This document shows, piece after piece, positions 52,744 to 64,000 of a DNA stretch of 64,000 nucleotides. This stretch comes from Sneathiella sp. (lineage in GTDB: Bacteria > Pseudomonadota > Alphaproteobacteria > Sneathiellales > Sneathiellaceae): positions 10,008 through 74,007 of the forward strand of contig JBBDJF010000094.1 of NCBI GenBank assembly GCA_040880045.1, read 5' to 3'. Below the pieces are notes generated by a model. The model did not search any database. It saw only the letters and a list, made by a program, of their open reading frames with translations, and was not told where the DNA came from. The position numbers and the translations under genes were made by a program. Position 1 is the first letter of the stretch; every line of letters begins with the position of its first letter.

Positions 52744-53343
52744 ATGAAGCTCTGTTACAGCGCCCTATCCCCTTTCGTTCGAAAGGTCAGAATCACGGCA
52801 ATAGAGAAAAACCTTATAGACAAGATCGAAATTGTCGATTCGGATCATAGCGATATGTTCAAGGGGATTAACCCGGCCAATCCTCTGGGTAAGGTACCGA
52901 GCCTGACATTGGAGAGCGGTGATGTCCTTTTCGATTCCTTCGTTATCTGTGAATATCTCGATAGCATTGGCAGCGGCCCGTCTCTTTTCCCGGCAAGTGG
53001 TTTGGAGCGCGCCAAGGTTCTGACGCTTCACGCCATGGCAAACGGGATGACGGACGCGGCCTATCAACGCCGGGTCGACAGTATCATGCCGGAAGGCGAA
53101 GGGTCGCCAAGCTGGAATAATCGACTGAAACTCTCCATGGAGACTTGCCTTGACGCTATGGAAAAGCAAGCGGACAGCTACGGCGACACGCTTAATATTG
53201 GAACAATCGCTGTCGGCTGCGCGCTCGGGTACCATGATTTTCGCTTTGGCCCGGAGCAATGGCGCAACAATCGGCCGAAACTAGCCGCCTGGTATGAAGG
53301 GTTTGCAGCGAGACCATCCCTGGCGCAGACTGCACCCGCCTAA
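52744..53343 (+). CDS. Glutathione S-transferase
   Basis: SPFVRKV, NPLGKVP, FDSFVICEYLD, RPSLAQT. Confidence 0.93.
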   Translation: MKLCYSALSPFVRKVRITAIEKNLIDKIEIVDSDHSDMFKGINPANPLGKVPSLTLESGDVLFDSFVICEYLDSIGSGPSLFPASGLERAKVLTLHAMANGMTDAAYQRRVDSIMPEGEGSPSWNNRLKLSMETCLDAMEKQADSYGDTLNIGTIAVGCALGYHDFRFGPEQWRNNRPKLAAWYEGFAARPSLAQTAPA

Positions 53344-53346
53344 ACT

Positions 53347-54546
53347 ATGAGGCGGGTACCGTCCGGACCCCGGCTGACACTGGCGATCTGCATTGCGGAA
53401 ATCGTGGCAATGTCGACCTTTGCGTCTTTTCCCGCGTTGATGCCCTTCTTTTTTGACCATTGGAGCCTGTCCGGGGAAGATGCGGGCTGGATTAACGCCG
53501 CCTTTTTCTTCGGGTTTACCCTTGTTGGGCCGGTTGCTACCTCCCTGACGGACCGTATTGATGCGCGCCGGGTATTCCTGATCGGGTGCTTTCTGGCGCT
53601 TATCGGCGCATATGGCTTTGCCTATTATGCTGACGGCTTTCTTTCCGCCTTACCGTGGCGTTTTATCTCAGGTGCAGGGCTGGGCTGTACATATATGCCG
53701 GGGCTGAAACTATTAACTGATCGCCTGCCATCGGGAGATCAATCCCGTGCGATTGCTTTTTACACGGCGTGCTTCTCCACGGGTTCAGCGGTGTCGTTTC
53801 TTCTGGTCGGACAGGTTAATCTCTGGTTCGGATGGGAAATGGCGCTCATCTCTGCTATTTCGGGCCCGCCGATTGCTATTGCTATCATTCTGTGGACGAC
53901 CGCGCCGAAGCTGATGATGGCGCGCCGACCCTGGTCGCAGATTTTCAACTATGTGCCGGTGGTCACCAACCGCTTCACTATGGGCTATATCCTGGCTTAT
54001 ATTTGCCATACATGGGAACTGGTGGCGATGCGGTCCTTTATGCTTGCATTTCTGGCCTATTCCCATGCCCTTACCGAAGCGCCGGGGTGGATGGATGTGT
54101 CTGTCATTACAGCCGCGGCGGTTTTTCTGGGGTTGCCGTCCAGCGTGCTTGGAAATGAATTATCCCTCAGGATAGGACGCCAGCGCTCAATTACCCTGGT
54201 CATGATCATTTGTCTGGCCTTTTCCTTTACCATTGGATTCACCGCCCATATGCCGTTCATCTTTGTTGTTGCCATGACGGCACTCTACGGCGTGATGATT
54301 ACAGCAGATTCGTCATCAATAACAGCCGGAGCTGTCGGCAGCGCTCCGGCAGACCTTCGCGGCGCGACAATGGCGGTGCATAGCTTCCTTGGTTTCGCGG
54401 GCGGCATGATAGGCCCTGTAGTCGCCGGTATCGTGCTGGACCAGGCCGGCGGTCCGGAGTCTACCATGGGCTGGGGCCTTATGTTTATTTCCATGGGGGC
54501 GATTACCCTGCTGGGCCCATTTGCCCTGCGCCTTACCCGCACGTAA
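53347..54546 (+). CDS. MFS transporter
   Basis: About 12 hydrophobic segments; motif A-like LTDRIDARR; YMPGLK, HTWEL. Confidence 0.9.
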   Translation: MRRVPSGPRLTLAICIAEIVAMSTFASFPALMPFFFDHWSLSGEDAGWINAAFFFGFTLVGPVATSLTDRIDARRVFLIGCFLALIGAYGFAYYADGFLSALPWRFISGAGLGCTYMPGLKLLTDRLPSGDQSRAIAFYTACFSTGSAVSFLLVGQVNLWFGWEMALISAISGPPIAIAIILWTTAPKLMMARRPWSQIFNYVPVVTNRFTMGYILAYICHTWELVAMRSFMLAFLAYSHALTEAPGWMDVSVITAAAVFLGLPSSVLGNELSLRIGRQRSITLVMIICLAFSFTIGFTAHMPFIFVVAMTALYGVMITADSSSITAGAVGSAPADLRGATMAVHSFLGFAGGMIGPVVAGIVLDQAGGPESTMGWGLMFISMGAITLLGPFALRLTRT

Positions 54547-54556
54547 TGCGCTGCTT

Positions 54557-55474
54557 TCAGCTTTTGGGATGAGCCTGGTCATAAACCGCAAGCAATTTTT
54601 CCGTATCCAGGTCTGTATAGCGCTGGGTCGAGGAGAGGGAGGCGTGTCCCAGCAGTTCCTGAATGGAACGAAGGTCGCTGCCCCCCGCCAACAAGTGACT
54701 TGCAAAACTATGTCGCAGCGCATGCGGTGTTGCCGTCTCCGGAAGGCCGAGATTTCGTCGAAGGGTCTGCATTTTGAGTTGAATGACGCGGGCAGTAAGC
54801 CGCTTTCCCCTGCTTCCGACAAAAAGCGGATCCGTGTCGCCAAGTGAATAGGGACATTCTTTCAAATAAATAGAGATTGCCTCGCGTACGACCGGCAGAA
54901 CTGGAACCATACGTTCCTTGTTGCCTTTACCAATCAGGGTCATGGTATCCGAAACAGGCCTTTTCCCGTAATTCAGCGATAGCGCTTCCCCGATACGAAG
55001 GCCGCATCCATAAAGCAGGGTGAGAACCGCCAGATCACGATGGCGAATCCAGTTTGCCTCGCTGGGATTTACCTTGTCTTCAAGAAGCGTTTTTGTGTCG
55101 ATGGCAGGAAGGGGGCGGGGAAGACGTATGCCTGCTTTCGGGGTGCGCAGGGTTTTAAGATACGGGTTATGCAAAAGTCCGTTCCTTTCCTGCCGTTTGA
55201 AAAAGCTGCGGATCGAGGAGAGCACCCGACGGAGTGATGTGGCACTCAACCCTTCCTGCCGACGATGCGCAAGATACGCCCTGAAATCCGCCGAGCGCAA
55301 ATCCGCGAGATCGCCGAGATGCAGCTCGCCGCCGATATGGCCGCTCAGGAAGGCGAGAAAATCCCGCAAGTCCCGCTCATAAGCGTCAACCGTATGGCGG
55401 CTTGCTTTTTTCTCGTGAACGAGCCAGTCGAGCCAATCTTCAACTATGCGGGAGAGAGGCGGTTCGCTGACCAT
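54557..55474 (-). CDS. xerC: Tyrosine recombinase XerC
   Basis: LYGCGLRIGE, GKGNKER, TPHALRHSFASHLL, LGH…TQRYT; downstream of DUF484. Alternative start at 55501. Confidence 0.92.
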   Translation of the reverse strand: MVSEPPLSRIVEDWLDWLVHEKKASRHTVDAYERDLRDFLAFLSGHIGGELHLGDLADLRSADFRAYLAHRRQEGLSATSLRRVLSSIRSFFKRQERNGLLHNPYLKTLRTPKAGIRLPRPLPAIDTKTLLEDKVNPSEANWIRHRDLAVLTLLYGCGLRIGEALSLNYGKRPVSDTMTLIGKGNKERMVPVLPVVREAISIYLKECPYSLGDTDPLFVGSRGKRLTARVIQLKMQTLRRNLGLPETATPHALRHSFASHLLAGGSDLRSIQELLGHASLSSTQRYTDLDTEKLLAVYDQAHPKS

Positions 55475-55476
55475 GG

Positions 55477-56202
55477 TTATGCCGGCTTCTGCTCCAGCCA
55501 CATTTGCAGGCAGGCCTGCATGGAATTGGCAAGGAATTGGAGCAGATCTGTTGCCTGCTCTTCGTGAAAATGGCCTTCCTGCCGACTGCCGAAGGCGATC
55601 ATTGCCTGCGTATGCAAAGAGGGGACATCCAGTTTTATCAACGCATCCGAATGGACGAGATCTTTCGCAGGACCAAAAACGGCTTTTGATTTGGGTGCCT
55701 GGGGCCGCAGAATTATGTTCCGGTTATGCCATGGGGCCCGATTGATGCTGCCTGCTTTCAGGCGCTGTAGGCCAGTCATGTCAGGAAGCTTGACCGGACC
55801 ATCCTCAATACAGAGCGTGATAACGTCGATCTCAAGAAGTTCAGGTAGATCCTGTGTCAGGATATGGACGAAATGTGCGAGACTGGTAGCCCCCAAAATC
55901 GCCTGGATCGAGGCATGAACCATATCCTGGGTATGCATGTTATTACGGGCAGCCTCGACAAAGTCGTCCTGAAGCGCGGTGAGGTGGGTTACTTCCTTTT
56001 GCAGGCGGCTGACCAGGAAGGACTGCATATCCACCACCCCATCGCCGGAAATACGTTCAGGCGGGAGGACCGTTGTTAGCAGGTCCGCATTGTTATTCAG
56101 AAAATCCGGATTTTTGATCAGCCAGTTCCGCACCTCCTCCTCACTTAATGAAGGGTTTGTCTCGATGCCGGTTCTAACTTTCCTGCCTGATTTTTTCGTC
56201 AC
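55477..56202 (-). CDS. DUF484 (YigA-like) protein
   Basis: V..WL..NPDFL, VVDMQ…RL, GS….HF…QATDLL.FL; upstream of xerC. Confidence 0.85.
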   Translation of the reverse strand: MTKKSGRKVRTGIETNPSLSEEEVRNWLIKNPDFLNNNADLLTTVLPPERISGDGVVDMQSFLVSRLQKEVTHLTALQDDFVEAARNNMHTQDMVHASIQAILGATSLAHFVHILTQDLPELLEIDVITLCIEDGPVKLPDMTGLQRLKAGSINRAPWHNRNIILRPQAPKSKAVFGPAKDLVHSDALIKLDVPSLHTQAMIAFGSRQEGHFHEEQATDLLQFLANSMQACLQMWLEQKPA

Positions 56203-56225
56203 GAAATCTACTCACACATTAACTG

Positions 56226-56885
56226 TTATCCAAGAATGGTCTGGCCTGATTTCTCCCAGTCCGCAAGAAATGCGGCAAGTCCCTTATCTGTCAGGGGGTG
56301 GGCAACCAGTTGTTTGAGGACCTGGGGCGGAATAGTGCAGACATCAGCCCCCATCAGCGCGGCCTCGACGATATGGGTGGGATTGCGGATAGAGGCGACA
56401 AGCACTTCTGTTTTTAAATCCGCATAGTTGTCATAAATCTGGACAATATCACCAATCAGATCCATGCCGGTCTGACCAATGTCGTCCAGACGACCAACAA
56501 AAGGGGAGACAAAGGCGGCCCCGGCCTTGGCGGCAAGAATGGCCTGTGCCGCAGAAAAACAGAGAGTGACGTTAACTTGCGTGCCCGCGCGGTTCAGCTC
56601 GGCGCAGGTTTTCAATCCCGCCATGGTCAACGGAACCTTGACCGCAACATTTTCTGCCAGCCCGGCGAGCTTTTTCCCTTCTTCGAGCATGGTCTCGAAA
56701 TCCGTCGCCGCAACCTCGGCACTGACCGGGCCATCGATCAGGCCGCAAATCTCCTGTATAACCGTGAAGAAGTCGCGGCCGGTTTTGGCAATGAGTGACG
56801 GGTTGGTCGTCACGCCATCAAGGAGGCCGGTGTCTGCAAGCTCACGGATTTCTTCGGTATCCGCCGTATCAACAAAAAATTTCAT
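56226..56885 (-). CDS. tal: Transaldolase / fructose-6-phosphate aldolase family
   Basis: [36 protein letters not shown]. Confidence 0.9.
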   Translation of the reverse strand: MKFFVDTADTEEIRELADTGLLDGVTTNPSLIAKTGRDFFTVIQEICGLIDGPVSAEVAATDFETMLEEGKKLAGLAENVAVKVPLTMAGLKTCAELNRAGTQVNVTLCFSAAQAILAAKAGAAFVSPFVGRLDDIGQTGMDLIGDIVQIYDNYADLKTEVLVASIRNPTHIVEAALMGADVCTIPPQVLKQLVAHPLTDKGLAAFLADWEKSGQTILG

Positions 56886-56950
56886 GGGTAATTCTTAAAT
56901 CCTAACGCTAACGACTGGTTCGAAATGTCAGAATAGTCTATCGCATAGAT

Positions 56951-59131
56951 ATGAGCAGCACAATTAAACATCGTCGCGTCCGCGTTCTTCTGCCTCTGTC
57001 AATCGGGGATATGTATGACTATCGTGTGCCTGAATCCTTAGACGTTGAAGTCGGATGCTTTGTGACAGTTCCCCTTGGGCGCCGGGAGGTAACGGGTGTT
57101 GTCTGGGAAGAAGCTTTAGATTCCGACCTCGCGGAGGATCGGATGAAGGACATTCAGGCTGTTTTGCCGGTTGCCAAACTACCGACGGAAAGTCGTGATT
57201 TTATTGACTGGGTTGCGCAATATACCATGCAGCAGCGCGGACGGGTGTTGCGAATGGCGATGAGCGCCCCGGAAGCCCTTTATCCCAAAGCGCCGCGCAT
57301 CGGCTATCGCTTTTCTGGCGAAATGCCGGAGAAATTGACGGCGGCGCGTAAACGGGTGCTTGAGATTGCGATGGAGGGGGGCACGCACGTAGCCGCCGAT
57401 CTGGCGGCCATTGCCGGGGTCAGCACGTCGGTCATCAAGGGGCTGGCGGACAAGGGTGTGTTAGAAGCAGTTGATCTGCCGGCGGAGCGCCCGATCGTAG
57501 CCGCGAACTGGCAGCATGCGAAGTTCGAGCTTTCTGCGGATCAGACATCGGCGGCAGATGCTCTTGCCATAGCGGTAAAGCGAGATGAATTCGAGGTATC
57601 GCTGCTTGATGGAGTCACCGGATCAGGTAAGACCGAGGTTTACTTCGAGGCGATCGCCGCCTGTCTCAAAGCCGGTCGACAGGCACTTGTGTTGCTGCCA
57701 GAAATTGCTCTGACCGCGCAATGGCTCGGGCGGTTCGAGGATAGGTTCGGGGTGCGGCCCGTGGAATGGCATTCGGATCTGGGCCAATCTGAGCGCCGTC
57801 GCAACTGGCGCGCCGTCATAGAGGGTCGGGCCGATATTGTAGTCGGCGCCCGGTCTGCCCTTTTTCTACCCTTTACGAAGCTGGGCCTGATCGTTGTCGA
57901 TGAAGAGCATGAAGCTTCCTTCAAGCAGGACGAAGGCGTCCCGTATAACGCACGGGACATGGCAGTTGTGCGCGGGAAAATAGGGAGCTTTCCGGTTGTC
58001 CTTGCGTCGGCGACGCCATCACTGGAAAGCCTGATGAATGCTAACGGGGGGAAATACAGGCATCTCAAGCTACCATCGCGCTTCGGCGGCGCCTCTCTGC
58101 CTGACGTGGAGGTTGTGGACCTCAAACAACATCCCCCGGGATCGCAACGCTGGATATCGGAACCACTAAGGCTTGCCGTTGAGGAAACCCTTGCCCAGGG
58201 CCAGCAGGTAATGCTTTTTCTCAACCGGCGTGGTTACGCCCCCCTCACGCTTTGTGATACCTGCGGCCATCGGTTGCAATGCCCTCACTGCAGTGCGTGG
58301 CTTGTGGAGCATCGCTTGGCACACCGGCTGCAGTGTCACCATTGCGGTTATGCGACTACCTTGCCAACAAGCTGCCGTGAATGTGGCGCGGAGGGGAGCT
58401 TCAAGGCCTGCGGTCCCGGCATCGAGCGGTTATCGGAAGAAGCGGAAATCTTATTTCCCGGCCGCAAAGTCGCAATGATAGCAAGTGATACAATTTCCAG
58501 TCCGCGTGCCGCTGCGGAATTTGTCAATGCGATGGAGCGCGGTGATATCGAGATACTGATCGGCACCCAGATGGTCGCCAAGGGATATCATTTTCCGAAT
58601 TTGACCCTGGTCGGTATCATCGATGCCGATCTGGGGCTTGCCGGCGGGGATCTTCGTGCTGCCGAACGAACATATCAGCTGCTATCACAGGTGACCGGGC
58701 GCGCGGGGCGCGAATCCCGTTCGGGAAAAGTCTATCTGCAATCCTATCTACCGGAGCATCCTGTTATAAAAGCAATTGTCCATCAGCAGGGAGACGCTTT
58801 TTTCGCACTGGAAGCGGCGGGACGGGAAAGCGCCGGGATGCCTCCTTACGGGCGGCTTGCGGCGGTCATCCTGTCGGGCGTAAAAGCCGAATCAGTTGTC
58901 AGTTTCGCGCATGAGCTGGCGCGGCGGGCTCCGATGGGTGAAAAAATTGCTGTTCTGGGCCCGGCTCCTGCGCCGCTTTCCATGATCCGGGGCCGCCATC
59001 GGTATCGTTTTTTGGTTAAATGCGCGAAAGATACGAATATTCAATCCGTTATCGGAAAATGGTTGCTGGGGCGCAAGGTGCCAAACGATATCAGGCTGCA
59101 GATTGATATTGATCCGTATAATTTTATGTAG
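56951..59131 (+). CDS. priA: Primosomal protein N' (replication restart helicase)
   Basis: GVTGSGKTEVY, DEEH, SATPS, four CxxC pairs, QVTGRAGR. Confidence 0.98.
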   Translation: MSSTIKHRRVRVLLPLSIGDMYDYRVPESLDVEVGCFVTVPLGRREVTGVVWEEALDSDLAEDRMKDIQAVLPVAKLPTESRDFIDWVAQYTMQQRGRVLRMAMSAPEALYPKAPRIGYRFSGEMPEKLTAARKRVLEIAMEGGTHVAADLAAIAGVSTSVIKGLADKGVLEAVDLPAERPIVAANWQHAKFELSADQTSAADALAIAVKRDEFEVSLLDGVTGSGKTEVYFEAIAACLKAGRQALVLLPEIALTAQWLGRFEDRFGVRPVEWHSDLGQSERRRNWRAVIEGRADIVVGARSALFLPFTKLGLIVVDEEHEASFKQDEGVPYNARDMAVVRGKIGSFPVVLASATPSLESLMNANGGKYRHLKLPSRFGGASLPDVEVVDLKQHPPGSQRWISEPLRLAVEETLAQGQQVMLFLNRRGYAPLTLCDTCGHRLQCPHCSAWLVEHRLAHRLQCHHCGYATTLPTSCRECGAEGSFKACGPGIERLSEEAEILFPGRKVAMIASDTISSPRAAAEFVNAMERGDIEILIGTQMVAKGYHFPNLTLVGIIDADLGLAGGDLRAAERTYQLLSQVTGRAGRESRSGKVYLQSYLPEHPVIKAIVHQQGDAFFALEAAGRESAGMPPYGRLAAVILSGVKAESVVSFAHELARRAPMGEKIAVLGPAPAPLSMIRGRHRYRFLVKCAKDTNIQSVIGKWLLGRKVPNDIRLQIDIDPYNFM

Positions 59132-59334
59132 AAACGTATTTTTTGCGACCTGAAAGGTGTAAATAGAGAAAATTGGTGAATAAACTGGTGTGCAGCATAT
59201 TGCCACCCGGAATTCCCTGTGCTAATAACCCGATGCCTTTACCATGGGGGCCTGAAAAGGTGGCCATGCCGAGGGGGAATTCATTTTAGTCTGACGTGTT
59301 TCGCGTCATCATTTTCAGGCCTGGGGATCGTTTC

Positions 59335-59894
59335 TTGTCAGCTGAGAACATAACAGTTTCCGGTATCGCGGGTCGTTATGCAACGGCCTTGTTTGATTTG
59401 GCTGCATCTGCCAAACAGCTGGATGCCGTTGCCGCCGATCTGGCGATAATCAAATCGATGATGGATGAGAACGCAGATCTCGCCCGTCTGATCAAAAGCC
59501 CGGTTATCAGCCGTGCTGACCAGGCCCGGGCGATGGGTGCCGTTCTTGAAAAACTTGGCGTTAGCGATCTGGTCCGACGGTTTGTTGGAACGGTCGCCAA
59601 AAACCGTCGGCTCTTCGCGCTATCCGATATGATCACTGACTATGGCCAGTTGCTCGCCGCCGAGCGCGGTGAGGTGGTGGCCCGTGTCAGCTCTGCGAAG
59701 AAACTCACTAAAAGTCAGCTTGATGCTGTGTCAGCGGCCCTCAAATCTGCCATCGGCAGTGATGTCAGTCTCGAATCAGATGTTGATGAGAGCCTGATCG
59801 GGGGTCTGGTAATTAAAGTTGGTTCACGTATGGTCGATAGCTCGATCCGAACCAAGCTTCAGAATCTTAAGTTTGCGATGAAAGGGGTTGGGTG

Positions 59895-59895
<1 letters not shown>
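59335..59895 (+). CDS. atpH: F1F0 ATP synthase subunit delta
   Basis: TTG start after GGGGA; [27 protein letters not shown]. Confidence 0.95.
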
Positions 59896-61424
<1,529 letters not shown>

Positions 61425-61456
61425 AAAATTGAGCTTAGGAAAGGGATAGCCGTAAC

Positions 61457-62335
61457 ATGGCGAACCTTAAGGAACTCAAAAGTCGGATCAGTAGCGTTAA
61501 ATCGACGCAGAAGATCACCAAAGCCATGAAGATGGTGGCCGCGGCTAAACTCCGTCATGCGGAAGAAGCCGCGAACGCCGCACGCCCTTATGCTGAACGT
61601 ATGGATAGCATGATGGCGTCACTTGCAAGTGGAATGGTGGGGCGCGAAGACGCGCCGAAGCTTCTGGCGGGCACAGGTTCGGACCAGCGGCATCTGATAA
61701 TTGCCGCGACTGGTGAACGCGGCCTTTGCGGCGGCTTTAACAACTCGATTGCTAAAGCCGTTTCGTTGAAGGTCGATAAGCTCATCGCTGCGGGCAAGGA
61801 TGTCAAAATCCTTTGCGTTGGCAAGAAAGGGCGTGACGCGCTCAAGCGTAAGTATGGCCACCTGATCATCGGTCTGGTGGATCTTTCCGGCTCCAAGCGG
61901 ATCGGTTTCAGCGATGCCCTGCCGATTGCTCAGCGTGTTTTGGGTATGTTTGATGCCGGTGAATTTGACGTTTGCACGATTTTTTACGCCAAGTTTGTTT
62001 CGGTCATGACGCAAGAAGTTCAGGGGCAGCAGATCATTCCTGCATCCGTTCCTGAAGGCGCCGCGACTGAGCCAAATGATGTTGTTTACGAGTATGAACC
62101 GGATGAGGAGGAAATTCTTGCAGAATTACTCCCTCGAAATCTGTCTGTGCAGATTTTCCGGGCGCTTCTCGAGAACTCCGCCTCTGAACAAGGGGCACGC
62201 ATGTCGGCAATGGAAAACGCAACACGTAATGCCGGGGAAATGATTGATAAACTGACCCTGCAATATAACCGTGAGCGTCAGGCGGCGATTACGAGCGAAC
62301 TAATTGAAATTATCTCCGGTGCGGAAGCTCTGTAG
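61457..62335 (+). CDS. atpG: F1F0 ATP synthase subunit gamma
   Basis: [33 protein letters not shown]. Confidence 0.99.
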   Translation: MANLKELKSRISSVKSTQKITKAMKMVAAAKLRHAEEAANAARPYAERMDSMMASLASGMVGREDAPKLLAGTGSDQRHLIIAATGERGLCGGFNNSIAKAVSLKVDKLIAAGKDVKILCVGKKGRDALKRKYGHLIIGLVDLSGSKRIGFSDALPIAQRVLGMFDAGEFDVCTIFYAKFVSVMTQEVQGQQIIPASVPEGAATEPNDVVYEYEPDEEEILAELLPRNLSVQIFRALLENSASEQGARMSAMENATRNAGEMIDKLTLQYNRERQAAITSELIEIISGAEAL

Positions 62336-62361
62336 CTTCTCCATCGACTGTTAAGAACTGA

Positions 62362-63807
<1,446 letters not shown>

Positions 63808-63833
63808 GCATTACCGCCTGAAGGAGTGTTGAT

Positions 63834-64000
63834 ATGGCCGAGATGATCACTATGGATCTGGTTTCGCCCGAAAAGCTATTGCTCTCGGATGCGTTTGAAA
63901 TGATTGTCGTGCCAGGCGCAGAAGGTGATTTTGCAGTTCTCGCGGGCCATGCGCCGATTACGTCAACATTACGCCCTGGTGTGATAAGCATCTATGAAGG
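63834..64000 (+). CDS. atpC: F1F0 ATP synthase subunit epsilon (runs off the window)
   Basis: ATG after AAGGAG; MAEMITMDLVSPEKLLLS…VPGAEGDFAVLAGHAPITSTLRPG. Confidence 0.95.
   Translation, partial: MAEMITMDLVSPEKLLLSDAFEMIVVPGAEGDFAVLAGHAPITSTLRPGVISIYE

Noticed and set aside
54557-55501. Tyrosine recombinase as a possible prophage or island integrase
   Set aside because: Size, motifs and the DUF484 neighbour fit chromosomal XerC; no att sites or cargo genes.

Overview
Core-genome window from an alphaproteobacterium of moderate GC; gene content and order suggest a Sneathiella/Rhodospirillales-like organism (inference). It is mostly housekeeping: htpG, acnA, a contiguous ccmABCDEFGHI operon, dapF-mtaB-ftsY-ispZ, ffh-rpsP-rimM-trmD-rplS-leuCDB-asd, mcl2-mch, sdhCDAB, zapE, mdh-sucCDAB-lpdA, xerC, tal/fsa, priA and atpHAGDC. 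I saw no rRNA, tRNA, CRISPR array, transposase or prophage. The two best candidates for undescribed biology are in the first 8.3 kb. One is a stand-alone AAA+ ATPase with an N-terminal tandem MshEN-like (c-di-GMP-binding) motif and a winged-helix-like segment, preceded by a CtrA-like box. The other is an overlapping pair of an all-helical lipoprotein and a small coiled-coil protein with a hydrophobic tail, behind an AT-rich palindrome. Smaller signals: a single-unit heme-copper-oxidase-like membrane protein, an orphan HutC with operator-like sites, RegA-like and Irr-like boxes, and structured leaders (hutC-htpG gap, ffh, sucA, atpH). All calls come from motif recognition by eye; no searches were run.
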